Below are positions 18,283 through 26,821 of a DNA stretch of 64,000 bases, piece by piece; within the stretch, counting starts at the first letter, position 1; every line of letters begins with the position of its first letter. The translations under genes were made by a program, and so were the position numbers. The notes below the pieces were generated by a model that was not told where the DNA came from, did no database searches, and worked only from the letters and a program-made list of their open reading frames with translations. This DNA comes from an uncultured Bacteroidales bacterium (lineage in GTDB: Bacteria > Bacteroidota > Bacteroidia > Bacteroidales > FEN-979): the NCBI GenBank assembly GCA_903845055.1, contig CAIMWF010000134.1, positions 19,127-83,126 on the forward strand, given 5' to 3'.

Positions 18283-19734
18283 TTAATGGGACAAGTCAAC
18301 AGAAACCCTTTTCACCCCGCTGTAACTGACCGTTTTCATATCCGTCAGGTACCCGATCAGGGCTTCGGTGGTGGTAAAGGTCATGGTCGTTCCTTTGTCC
18401 CTGTGGTCGAATATGTATGCGGACGCGATGTAGCTGTTCACTGCTACACTGTATTCGGTGGCGGGATTCAGGGGTTTGCCTGTCTTGTCATACAACTCCA
18501 CCGAGACGCAATGCAGGTGTCCGTCGGTGATAATTGTATAGGTCATCCCCGACACCTGGAGATCAGCCTGTTTTTCATGCTGGAACCCGTAGCACAGGAG
18601 CGAGCGGATCTCGGCGGGTTTCATGGAAAAGAGTACGACCTGGTTGCTGAATGGGTCGAGTTTGTAGATATCCCTCAGGGTGATGTTTCCCGCGGCCAGC
18701 GATGGGATGCGGATCCCGCCCTTATTCTGGAATGCAAAATCAACTTTTACCTTGTGGGTGATCGCATCGGTCATCATGCTTCCGAGTTCGTCGACGCCTT
18801 CGATGGGTTTTTCTGCGACAGCGATCACTTTGTCGAAGTCAGGGTTGCTGTTGTACTGGCTGACCAGGCTCTTCACACCCGGCGTTTCCCGGTTCAGCGA
18901 AGCCATGGGGATGACTTCATCGGTGCGCCCGGTAATGTGACCGTGATCAACCTGCAGGGTGGTCTTCCCGACATATTTCAGGTAGGAGCCTGCCTGTACG
19001 ATCATCACGCCGTTCTCCATGCGCGGCTTATCCAACAGGGTGTGCGAATGGCCCCCGATGACCAGGTCGAACTGGGGAACCGAATCGGCCAGGACGATAT
19101 CATCTTCAAGGCCAAGGTGCGACAGGGCGATCAGGTTGCCATAGCGCTCTTTCAGCCATGTATATTTCCGCGCTTTGATCCAGCCCTTTTCAAACCTGAT
19201 TCCCGTGAGATGCGTAGGAATGGAACTGGGCAGCCCGTTGTCGTCGAGCTGGATGAGGCCGAGCAGTACAATGGAATCGCCGGTTGAGGTTCCGAGCACC
19301 ACGTAGGGCTTCACGGCCCCGAGGGTGGCCCCGGAGGCGTCGAAGTTGCTGCAGATAAATGGGAAAGCGGCCTGTGACAATCGTTTGCGAAGGAATTCCT
19401 GACCCATGTCGAATTCATGATTGCCCATGGCGCTCACGTTGAACCCGCATCGGTTCATCAGGTCGATCATAGGAAAACCCTTATCCGGGGCCATGTCGAC
19501 CACGGGATTTCCTGTAAAGTTATCCCCTGCTGAAACCAGGAAAACATCCGGATGCGACTTCCGCAGGCTGTCGGCAAGGTAGGCCAGTTTGGCCATGTTG
19601 TCGATCCTGGCATGCATGTCGTTGGTGTGGAGCAGGATGATCTCGGTGGATTTGCGGGAAGCTCCCTGGGAATAACCGGTGAAGACAGCCAGCCCGAAAA
19701 GGGATGCCAGCAGGATGGCAAATGGATTTTTCAT
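18283..19734 (-). CDS. Secreted bifunctional metallophosphatase / 5'-nucleotidase (UshA family)
   Basis: 483 aa with a signal peptide. Contains LLHTNDMHARI, GDNFTGNP, GNHEFD and GGHSHT, the calcineurin-like motifs, plus a C-terminal 5'-nucleotidase domain. Confidence 0.85.
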   Translation of the reverse strand: MKNPFAILLASLFGLAVFTGYSQGASRKSTEIILLHTNDMHARIDNMAKLAYLADSLRKSHPDVFLVSAGDNFTGNPVVDMAPDKGFPMIDLMNRCGFNVSAMGNHEFDMGQEFLRKRLSQAAFPFICSNFDASGATLGAVKPYVVLGTSTGDSIVLLGLIQLDDNGLPSSIPTHLTGIRFEKGWIKARKYTWLKERYGNLIALSHLGLEDDIVLADSVPQFDLVIGGHSHTLLDKPRMENGVMIVQAGSYLKYVGKTTLQVDHGHITGRTDEVIPMASLNRETPGVKSLVSQYNSNPDFDKVIAVAEKPIEGVDELGSMMTDAITHKVKVDFAFQNKGGIRIPSLAAGNITLRDIYKLDPFSNQVVLFSMKPAEIRSLLCYGFQHEKQADLQVSGMTYTIITDGHLHCVSVELYDKTGKPLNPATEYSVAVNSYIASAYIFDHRDKGTTMTFTTTEALIGYLTDMKTVSYSGVKRVSVDLSH

Positions 19735-19756
19735 GCAGGAAATTTTGGTAAAAGTA

Positions 19757-19764
19757 CAAAACTA
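19757..19764 (-). promoter_or_regulatory. Candidate -7 promoter element (TAGTTTTG on the minus strand)
   Basis: The motif lies 23 nt upstream of the 5'-nucleotidase ATG. This is a motif match only. Confidence 0.3.
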
Positions 19765-20350
19765 CCCCGTGAAAAGATAATATGTGCGGGCAAATGGCTT
19801 TTAAAGTGTCCCGGATTTCATGTGTACCAAAAAAAACTGCCGGGATGAACCTGTTGGTTCCCCCGGCAGCGCTTCTCTGAATTCGAATCATCCAACCAGG
19901 ATCATCGTACGCAGTTCATTTGCAAACGCAACAAACATTATAAAAATGGCTCGTTTCATGTCAAATTTGTTTTGGTTTTACCTCCGTTATCGCATAGCGG
20001 CTTTGCGTCCACTTTGTTTACTGGGGGTTAAAGAAGGAGGTAAAAATCTGTTTATAAGCGGGCTATTTTGGTCAGGCTCAGTTCCCGCGCTGTCAGCAAC
20101 TTAAAATGCACGGGCGTGTCATACTGAAAAGCAGACGCGTTTTTTTCAATCGGGTTGCCCGGAAGTTAAAAAATGAGGTAAAATATTTTTTAACATGCGC
20201 ATAACCCTGCGTTCGCTGCACCTTTTTGCGCGATCCCTGCGGGTCATTCCGGTGCTGATGTGGTTGTCTTCCCCGATTGTTGTAATTTTGGAAAGCTTTT
20301 CCGGTATGACAATTAACCGGGGAAGGAACCATATGACAGGGACCGGGAAG

Positions 20351-20758
20351 ATGGATGATCGGGATTTTACGGCAGAACTTCATTTCAGCGCTTCCCGCAG
20401 CAGCGGGCCGGGCGGGCAGAATGTCAACAAGGTGAACACCAAGGTTGAGCTCAGGTTCGATGTTGCCGGGTCGTTGCTGCTATCCGATGCCGAAAAGCAG
20501 CTCATTTCTGAAAAGCTTGCCGTCCGGATCACCGCTGCCGGCGAATTACTGCTGGTGTCGCAGTCGGAACGGTCGCAACTGAAAAACAAGGAGCGCGTCA
20601 CCGAAAAATTCTACCAGCTGATCACCCGCGCGCTCACGCCGCGGAAAAAGCGCAAAGCCACCAGGCCGTCGCTTGCATCGAAGGAAAAACGGCTTGAAAC
20701 GAAGCGCAGGAATTCGGAAAAGAAAGTGCTCAGAAAGCCTGGTTCAAAGCCTTCGTAA
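20351..20758 (+). CDS. arfB: Alternative ribosome-rescue factor ArfB (peptidyl-tRNA hydrolase, RF-1 domain)
   Basis: It has the GGQ motif [20 protein letters not shown] and a basic C-terminal tail (KKRKATRPSLASKEKRLETKRRNSEKK). Start set at ATG 20351, giving the usual length of about 135 aa. Confidence 0.85.
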   Translation: MDDRDFTAELHFSASRSSGPGGQNVNKVNTKVELRFDVAGSLLLSDAEKQLISEKLAVRITAAGELLLVSQSERSQLKNKERVTEKFYQLITRALTPRKKRKATRPSLASKEKRLETKRRNSEKKVLRKPGSKPS

Positions 20759-20770
20759 GGCACAGGGAGC

Positions 20771-21787
20771 CTAATTTTTAAGGCACCGCACCGAGAAACC
20801 GTTGGCCAGGAGGTTGAAATTCCGCAGCAGTTCGGCGTTGTTTGCATCCAACACGAAGTTCCAGGCATTAACGGTCGCGGTATCGGTGGCGGACCAGAAA
20901 TATCCGACATTTCCCATCGAATAAAAGGTGCCGTAGTTGATCCGGTAGCCTGCGGGAAGTCCGCTGAACCCGCTCGAATTGGTGGCACCCGTGTTGGGAG
21001 CGTACCACAAACCGGTGCTTTGTTCTATCGTCCCGGTTGATTTCAGCTTCCCGCCGGCGATCGTGTCGCCACCCAGCTGCGTTCCCAGTACCGCCCATTC
21101 GCCGTCGGCAGGGACATGGTAACCTGCGGGGCAGAGACCACGTGCATCGGTGAGGGCATACCAGTTGTAAAGGTATCCGTATGCCGGAACATTGGATTCA
21201 AGATTATCATAGGCACAGAGAGCCCCGGTTGTGAGGTTTTTCCACAGGTTGTCAACCGTCACCGCGGGGATGGCGTCGCCGTTGCGGTAGTGTTTCACAC
21301 GGAGATTTTCGCGGAGCCACGACTGGCCCCCGATCAAGACGACGTGATAGTGATTCCCATCGACATCAGTCACGGAGTCAACAATGATTTTCAGTGTTGT
21401 AAAGGGCTGGCTGTTGCCGTAGGCGGTGCCGGCGCTGTTGGTGGCGTATGCCCTTGCGTAATAAAGGGTGTTTGCGGTAAGGCCCGTGATCATGCTGGTG
21501 AAGAGCCCCGTACCTGGTCCGTCGGAAGTATGGGCGTCGGTGATGACCGGCAGCAGGTTCCTGCTCCAGCAGACGCCGCGCCCGGTCACGGCGGCCCCGC
21601 CGTTAGAGGTAATATACCCGCCGCACGTTGCCGTTGTCTGGCCGAGCAGGGAGATGCCTGCGGTGGTGAGTGTGGGAACTGTCGGGGTTTTGGCTGGTGT
21701 GTCCGTTTTTTTGCCGCATGCAGATACAACAACCATGATCATTGCAGCGAGGGCCAGGAGAGAGATGCGTGTTTTGTTCAATATCAT
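20771..21787 (-). CDS. Lipoprotein with a C-terminal FISUMP (Fibrobacter succinogenes major paralogous) domain
   Basis: It has a lipobox (MVVVSAC). The C-terminal part contains YNWYA, GLCPAGYHVPADGEW, GGKLK, WYAPNTGATNSSGFSGLPAGYR, FWSAT and GFSVRCLKN. Start set at ATG 21787. Confidence 0.8.
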   Translation of the reverse strand: MILNKTRISLLALAAMIMVVVSACGKKTDTPAKTPTVPTLTTAGISLLGQTTATCGGYITSNGGAAVTGRGVCWSRNLLPVITDAHTSDGPGTGLFTSMITGLTANTLYYARAYATNSAGTAYGNSQPFTTLKIIVDSVTDVDGNHYHVVLIGGQSWLRENLRVKHYRNGDAIPAVTVDNLWKNLTTGALCAYDNLESNVPAYGYLYNWYALTDARGLCPAGYHVPADGEWAVLGTQLGGDTIAGGKLKSTGTIEQSTGLWYAPNTGATNSSGFSGLPAGYRINYGTFYSMGNVGYFWSATDTATVNAWNFVLDANNAELLRNFNLLANGFSVRCLKN

Positions 21788-21911
21788 GTGACCGGTTTTT
21801 CTGTTAATGAATGGGAAGCAGGTGAAAAAATCTGTTTTCAATACAAATTTCAAGGGGTAAAAGTAAGAACTATTATCCATTTTTTGGCAGTTCAGATGCT
21901 TTACAATAGAT

Positions 21912-23123
21912 TTGCAGCGTGGCATTGAATTTCAGCACAAACCGATCAATCATCCAGCCCTGATGGAACCAGCCCGGCTTACCCAGCTTAACAGCACCAT
22001 ATCGGATTCCAATAGCCGGAAATTCAAATTCTGGTCTTTTATTTCCATGTTCCTCCTGGTCTTCGTACACGGGTATAACCTGGAGATCCGCTATTTGCAG
22101 CCCTTCACCATCCCGGGGGAACCGCTCAATTTTACCACCTTTGCCGAATATTTTCTTGCGAACGGGATCTTCAGGTTTCGCATTCCCATGTTGTTCATTA
22201 TCTCCGGTTTCCTTTACGCCCTGCATGATCAAAGGCCATACGGTCAAAGAACCCGGAAAAGGCTGCGTACCCTGCTGCTTCCATACCTCATATGGAGCGC
22301 CCTGGGTTTCGGGTTCACCTGGGCCCTTGAAATGTTCCCGTGGTCGAAGGCAATCGTCATCAGTTCCCAGATCGTCCGGCTTGATGATCACCGGAGCCTG
22401 TTGCACGATTATCAATGGTACGAAATGATCTTCCGCTGGCTCATCCTGCCGGTGCCTTACCAGTTGTGGTTCATCAGGGTGTTGCTGGTCTACAACATCG
22501 CCTACCCGGCCATCCGCTGGTGTGTGACCCACCCGGTGGCGAGGTGGGTTTTCTTCAGCATCGCCGGACTGATGTGGCTGGTCACCATGGGATTTGTCTT
22601 TTTTGAAGGGGAAGGGCTCCTCTTTTTTTCACTTGGGGTCTGGATACAAAAGAGCAACTTTGATATCGATGTTCCGAAAAAATGGCTGACCCCCCTGTGG
22701 TGGGGAATTGCATTTGTTCTGCTGGCCGCCATCAAAACGGTTATTGCCTTCAGGGTCCCGGTCAATTCAGGAACAGGGATGGCCCTTGGTTTGATGTTCC
22801 TGCATAAACTGGTCATTCTTTGCGGACTGATTTTTGCCTGGTTTGGCTGCAACAGCCTGGTAACATGGTTCATGAGCCGGAAGTGGTTCGTCTGGATGTC
22901 GGCGTTTGCCTTCATGATCTACGCCCTGCATGCCCCGCTGGTGGCCTACGCCACCTCGGCAGTCTTCCCGGTTGTCTGTCATGTTGCACATTACCGGCTG
23001 CTGACTTTTTTACTTCTCCCCGCAACCATCGTCATTTTTGCAGTCATTACCGGGGCGCTGTTGCGAAGGGTATGGCCGGCCCTTTACGGAATTGTGACCG
23101 GGGGAAGAGGATTGACCTCCTGA
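21912..23123 (+). CDS. Acyltransferase family 3 integral membrane protein
   Basis: 403 aa with about 10 TM segments. The N-terminal motif FWSFISMFLLVFVHGYN is typical of acyltransferase_3. The start (21912 or 21963) is uncertain. Confidence 0.7.
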   Translation: MQRGIEFQHKPINHPALMEPARLTQLNSTISDSNSRKFKFWSFISMFLLVFVHGYNLEIRYLQPFTIPGEPLNFTTFAEYFLANGIFRFRIPMLFIISGFLYALHDQRPYGQRTRKRLRTLLLPYLIWSALGFGFTWALEMFPWSKAIVISSQIVRLDDHRSLLHDYQWYEMIFRWLILPVPYQLWFIRVLLVYNIAYPAIRWCVTHPVARWVFFSIAGLMWLVTMGFVFFEGEGLLFFSLGVWIQKSNFDIDVPKKWLTPLWWGIAFVLLAAIKTVIAFRVPVNSGTGMALGLMFLHKLVILCGLIFAWFGCNSLVTWFMSRKWFVWMSAFAFMIYALHAPLVAYATSAVFPVVCHVAHYRLLTFLLLPATIVIFAVITGALLRRVWPALYGIVTGGRGLTS

Positions 23124-23153
23124 CCCGGAGGAAAACTACAAAACAGGATTGGT

Positions 23154-23948
23154 ATGCAAAAACTTAAATTTTACCAGGTGGATGCCTTTACCGGGCGTCT
23201 TTTCGGCGGGAACCCGGCAGCGGTCTGCCTACCGGCCGTATGGCCCGCCGACCCGCTCATGCAACAGATTGCAACTGAGAACAACCTTTCGGAAACGGCA
23301 TTCGTGGTGAGGCGGGGTGATGACTACGAGATCAGGTGGTTCACCCCCACCGTCGAGGTGGACCTTTGCGGCCACGCCACGCTTGCCTCCGCTTTTGTAA
23401 TATTCAACCATTGTGATTTCCGGGGGAAGGAGATCCGTTTCCACTCCCCCCGGAGCGGAGAACTGAAGGTGCGGCAGGAGGGTAAGAAGCTGTTTCTTGA
23501 TTTTCCGGCTGATGAGATCTTCCCGGTTGATCCTGCATCGGTGACCAGCCTGGGTATCGGGCGGGCTCCCCTGGAACTTTACAGGGGCAAAACCGACTAT
23601 ATGGCGGTTCTTGGATCGGAGGAGGAGGTCCGTGCAATCCTTCCGGATTTCCCGGCTGTAGGGAAACTGGATGCGAGGGGGTTGATTGTCACGGCCCCCG
23701 GAGACAACGTTGATTTTGTATCAAGGTTCTTCGGCCCGCAATCGGGGGTGGATGAAGACCCCGTGACCGGTTCGGCCCATACCACGCTGATCCCATACTG
23801 GGCGGCCCGGCTTGGTAATCCGGCATTGACCGCCCTGCAGGTTTCGAAACGTATTGGCACGATCGACTGTTACAACAAGCCCCCCAGGGTGATCATCGGG
23901 GGTGAGGCGCGACTCTATGCAATGGGTGAAATGTTCCTTCCGGAATAA
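23154..23948 (+). CDS. PhzF family isomerase-like protein
   Basis: 264 aa. Contains FYQVDAFT..FGGNPAAV, NLSETAFV, IRWFTP..EVDLCGHATLA and DPVTGSAH. Confidence 0.85.
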   Translation: MQKLKFYQVDAFTGRLFGGNPAAVCLPAVWPADPLMQQIATENNLSETAFVVRRGDDYEIRWFTPTVEVDLCGHATLASAFVIFNHCDFRGKEIRFHSPRSGELKVRQEGKKLFLDFPADEIFPVDPASVTSLGIGRAPLELYRGKTDYMAVLGSEEEVRAILPDFPAVGKLDARGLIVTAPGDNVDFVSRFFGPQSGVDEDPVTGSAHTTLIPYWAARLGNPALTALQVSKRIGTIDCYNKPPRVIIGGEARLYAMGEMFLPE

Positions 23949-23973
23949 GACCTCCGTGCAGAAACATTTATCC

Positions 23974-23981
23974 TAATTTTG
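23974..23981 (+). promoter_or_regulatory. Candidate -7 promoter element TAATTTTG
   Basis: The motif lies 26 nt upstream of the TauE-family ATG. This is a motif match only. Confidence 0.35.
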
Positions 23982-24006
23982 GTTCGTGTAAATTCCTCCC
24001 CTGCGC

Positions 24007-24777
24007 ATGATTTCCCAGGAAATGATATTTCTCTGCCTTGCCGCCCTTGCCGCCGGATTCATTGATGCGATCGTGGGGGGAGGAGGGCTGATCCAGACAC
24101 CGGCTGTCCTGATTACGCTCCCGAAATATTCGGTGGCCACCCTGCTGGGAACCACCAAGATCCCGTCGCTCACCGGTACTTCATCTGCTGCGCTGCAGTA
24201 TGCCCGCAAGGTTCAACTCCAATGGAAACTGCTGGGAGTGCTCTGCCTCATCGCTTTGCTGGCTGCCTATGCTGGTTCAAGGACCGTATCGGTCATCAGC
24301 AACAGCTCTATGAAACCCGTCATTTTTGGAGTACTGATTGTTGTGGCAGTCTATACTTACACCAGGAAAAATTTCGGAACGGCTACGACCACCCCCAAAA
24401 CAGCCCGGCGGGAATTTTTATACGGCAGCTTTTTTGCCCTGCTCATCGGGTTTTACGACGGGTTTATCGGCCCGGGGGCGGGCAGTTTCCTTGTTCTCTT
24501 TTTTATCAGTGTGCTGGGTTTCGATTTCCTGAAGGCGAGCGCGCACGCCAAGTTCATCAATGTCGCCACCAACACCGGCTCCATATTGTGCTTTGCCGGC
24601 AGCGGGCATATCCTCTACCATTATGCCATCCCGATGGCCGCCTGCAATTTCGTGGGTTCGCTGATGGGGGCGAGGCTTGCCATCCTGAAGGGTAACCGGT
24701 TCATCCGGGTCTTTTTCCTGATGGTGGTTGCGGCAACGATCCTCCGGTTCGGGTATGATATTTTTTTCAAAGCCTGA
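24007..24777 (+). CDS. TauE/SafE family anion (sulfite) exporter
   Basis: 256 aa with about 8 TM segments. Contains AGFIDAIVGGGGLIQTP and GFYDGFIGPGAGSF. Confidence 0.8.
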   Translation: MISQEMIFLCLAALAAGFIDAIVGGGGLIQTPAVLITLPKYSVATLLGTTKIPSLTGTSSAALQYARKVQLQWKLLGVLCLIALLAAYAGSRTVSVISNSSMKPVIFGVLIVVAVYTYTRKNFGTATTTPKTARREFLYGSFFALLIGFYDGFIGPGAGSFLVLFFISVLGFDFLKASAHAKFINVATNTGSILCFAGSGHILYHYAIPMAACNFVGSLMGARLAILKGNRFIRVFFLMVVAATILRFGYDIFFKA

Positions 24778-24807
24778 GACTCCTGCATGGCTCTCTGCAG
24801 AGGCTAA

Positions 24808-25095
24808 TTATGAAACCTTTTTCATGATCCTGGTCGAGGGTTCCCCGATGATGCCGATCTCTTTCCACAGGGCTTTCAACTCGGGGTTGTCGATGAAGGC
24901 GGCCGCGACTTCCGGGCTGGGTGCTTCGCTCACCACGGTAATGTAATTCTCATTTTCCAGGTCACGATAAACGCCCAGGGTCAGGATCCCTGCTTCATGG
25001 CGGATGTGGGCCCTGGCATAAAATGCCTCCTGCCAGGTTTCAAAGCGCTGAACTTCATGGGATACGATGATGATGGTTTCCATATTTTCGTTCAT
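24808..25095 (-). CDS. Small hypothetical protein (95 aa)
   Basis: Clean ORF with coding-like composition. No motif recognised. Confidence 0.45.
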   Translation of the reverse strand: MNENMETIIIVSHEVQRFETWQEAFYARAHIRHEAGILTLGVYRDLENENYITVVSEAPSPEVAAAFIDNPELKALWKEIGIIGEPSTRIMKKVS

Positions 25096-25160
25096 GATGT
25101 AATTTTAATTCAGATTAAATACAAAGATACGGAGAATATCTTTGCGGTCAAGAAATATTG

Positions 25161-25208
25161 GAGGTAGCGAGGTGGCGAGGTAGCGAGGTAGCGAAATGGC
25201 GAAAACAG
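25161..25208 (+). repeat. 8-nt tandem array GAGGTAGC x6
   Basis: Read as gaggtagc gaggtggc gaggtagc gaggtagc gaaatggc gaaaacag. The reverse-complement copy of this family is at 36879-36910. Confidence 0.9.
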
Positions 25209-25215
25209 GGCGCAG

Positions 25216-26802
25216 CTATCGGGCGAGCAGGATCTTTTGTGTAAAAATTTTGTCGCCGGTTGTCAACCGCACATAATAGATCCCGGCGGGGCGGGTGCGG
25301 ATATCCACCCTGAGCTCATCACTGATGAGGCAGGATGTTTGGAAAACGGTCACTCCCTGGTTATTAAACACATCAACATGGACGGTTTCAGTCGGGGCGG
25401 GTTGACTGTGCATGATCCGGAACAGTCCGTCGGAGGGGTTGGGAACCACGCTGAATGCTGCCGCCCCCGGATTTTTGTCCTCCGTACTTCCCACAAATGA
25501 GATGCAGCCCTCGAAAGAAGTAAGGATGACCGGTATGACCGCCGGGTGCAGGCTGGCCGACGAGCCTCCCTGGGAAGCGGTAAGGGTAACCGGGTTCAGG
25601 ATGACAGAACAAGGACCTGAAGAGAACGAGTTAGGATTAATGCAATTTGACGTTACATTGGAGGAGTCGCTGTAGATCAGCCCTACCTGGGGATTGTTGG
25701 AGGAGGTTTTTGTGCCGATGATCGGGCCGTTGCCCAGGATCATGTATTTGCCCGGGGTATTTTCAGAAACATCCGAAGAAATCAGCAACATTTCCTGTCC
25801 CCATTTCAGTGTGCCTAGGGGGGCGGTAACGAGGAACTGGTCCATCCCGTAACCGCAAGAAACAAAAGCATACCCCCCGTCGGACGTTGCATGGAGTTTC
25901 GGCTTGAAAAACGTGGTCCCCGTGCCGCCGCCAACGTTGTATTCCTGTCCCCAGATAAAATTTCCCGCCAGGCTGATCTTCATCAGCACCATGCCGGGAT
26001 CGGGGGAGGAGGACAGTACCATGTATCCATCTGATTTTACAATAACATCCCAGCTTTCCGACGTGCTCGCGCCAAGCCATTGCTGGGTGGCCCATGAGAA
26101 GTCCCCGCCCGGTGTTAGTTTGACCAGGCAGGCTGCGCCCATGTGCGAAGTGTTCTCCAGGCTGCCGGTCACTGCATATCCTCCGTCGGTCGTTTGCTTT
26201 ACCGACGCCGCCCAGCCGCTGCTGTTCGAAGCCGCCAGTATCCTGGCCCAGGTGAGGCCGCCCGACGCATCAAGTTTGATCACCAGCATGGACTTGCCCG
26301 GGGAAACAGGTTGCACCAAGTAACCCCCGAGGATGAACCCGTGGTCGGAGGTCTGGCTGACAGAATAGAGATAAGCGTCGGTTCCGAATGCGATTTTTTT
26401 TGACCATAAGGTATCGCCTGACGCAGTAATCCTGGTGCAGGCAATATCCCGGATCCCGGTGGCCGTGTCGGGAGTCACCCCTGCCAGCAGGCAGGTTGAA
26501 TCGTGGGTGGTGATGACGCAGTTAAAATAGGAACCGTTAAAGCTGCTGATCTTTTTTCCCCACATAACAATGCCGGCAGGACTGACCTTCATCACCATGG
26601 CGCGGTTGTCCTTCTGCCCTGCCACCATGAAGTTCTGGTCAAAGGTTTTGGCGATGGAATAACCCTGAACCGATCCGGCAGGATCATAAAATACCTTTGA
26701 AAACGGCGATTGCTGGGCCGGCAGGGTGGTCGCCCAGCAGCTGAGGAGGATGCATCCGAGGTAAACAAAAACCTTAGTTTTCATATGTTTAATTTTAAGC
26801 AT
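25216..26802 (-). CDS. Secreted beta-propeller-repeat protein with a T9SS C-terminal sorting domain
   Basis: It has a signal peptide. TSDGGY/TTDGGYAVTG-type motifs recur. The C-terminus (VVPNPSDGLFRI...GIYYVRLTTGDKIFTQKILLAR) looks like a type A T9SS CTD. The start may instead be the ATG at 26784. Confidence 0.7.
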   Translation of the reverse strand: MLKIKHMKTKVFVYLGCILLSCWATTLPAQQSPFSKVFYDPAGSVQGYSIAKTFDQNFMVAGQKDNRAMVMKVSPAGIVMWGKKISSFNGSYFNCVITTHDSTCLLAGVTPDTATGIRDIACTRITASGDTLWSKKIAFGTDAYLYSVSQTSDHGFILGGYLVQPVSPGKSMLVIKLDASGGLTWARILAASNSSGWAASVKQTTDGGYAVTGSLENTSHMGAACLVKLTPGGDFSWATQQWLGASTSESWDVIVKSDGYMVLSSSPDPGMVLMKISLAGNFIWGQEYNVGGGTGTTFFKPKLHATSDGGYAFVSCGYGMDQFLVTAPLGTLKWGQEMLLISSDVSENTPGKYMILGNGPIIGTKTSSNNPQVGLIYSDSSNVTSNCINPNSFSSGPCSVILNPVTLTASQGGSSASLHPAVIPVILTSFEGCISFVGSTEDKNPGAAAFSVVPNPSDGLFRIMHSQPAPTETVHVDVFNNQGVTVFQTSCLISDELRVDIRTRPAGIYYVRLTTGDKIFTQKILLAR

Positions 26803-26821
26803 GTTCCGATTTTGAAAAAGG

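Noticed and set aside
18223-19287. Long antisense ORFs (for example 18223-19287 +, 7118-8026 -, 9458-10330 -, 39944-41038 +, 43928-44959 -, 45344-46039 -, 49387-50229 -, 60283-61281 -)
   Set aside because: Each lies entirely opposite a gene with strong family motifs. Their translations are low-complexity and rich in R, G, P and H, as expected for shadow frames in moderately GC-rich coding DNA.
19878-19895. tRNA T-loop-like ATTCGAATC
   Set aside because: The flanking bases cannot form a T-stem or an acceptor stem on either strand. No tRNA cloverleaf could be drawn here or elsewhere in the window.
20060-20100. SRP (4.5S) RNA, because of GGTCAGG
   Set aside because: The conserved GGAAGGAAGCAGC-type domain IV sequence does not follow, so there is no convincing helix 8 motif.
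20195-20350. 5' extensions of listed ORFs (arfB 20195, fumC to 36565, FISUMP to 21925, GlcG-like to 18299, thiL to 62943, the YncE-like TTG at 57966, the REC-HK at 58948)
   Set aside because: Internal ATGs give the family-typical N-termini, signal peptides and lengths. The upstream parts have non-coding-like composition or overlap neighbouring genes.
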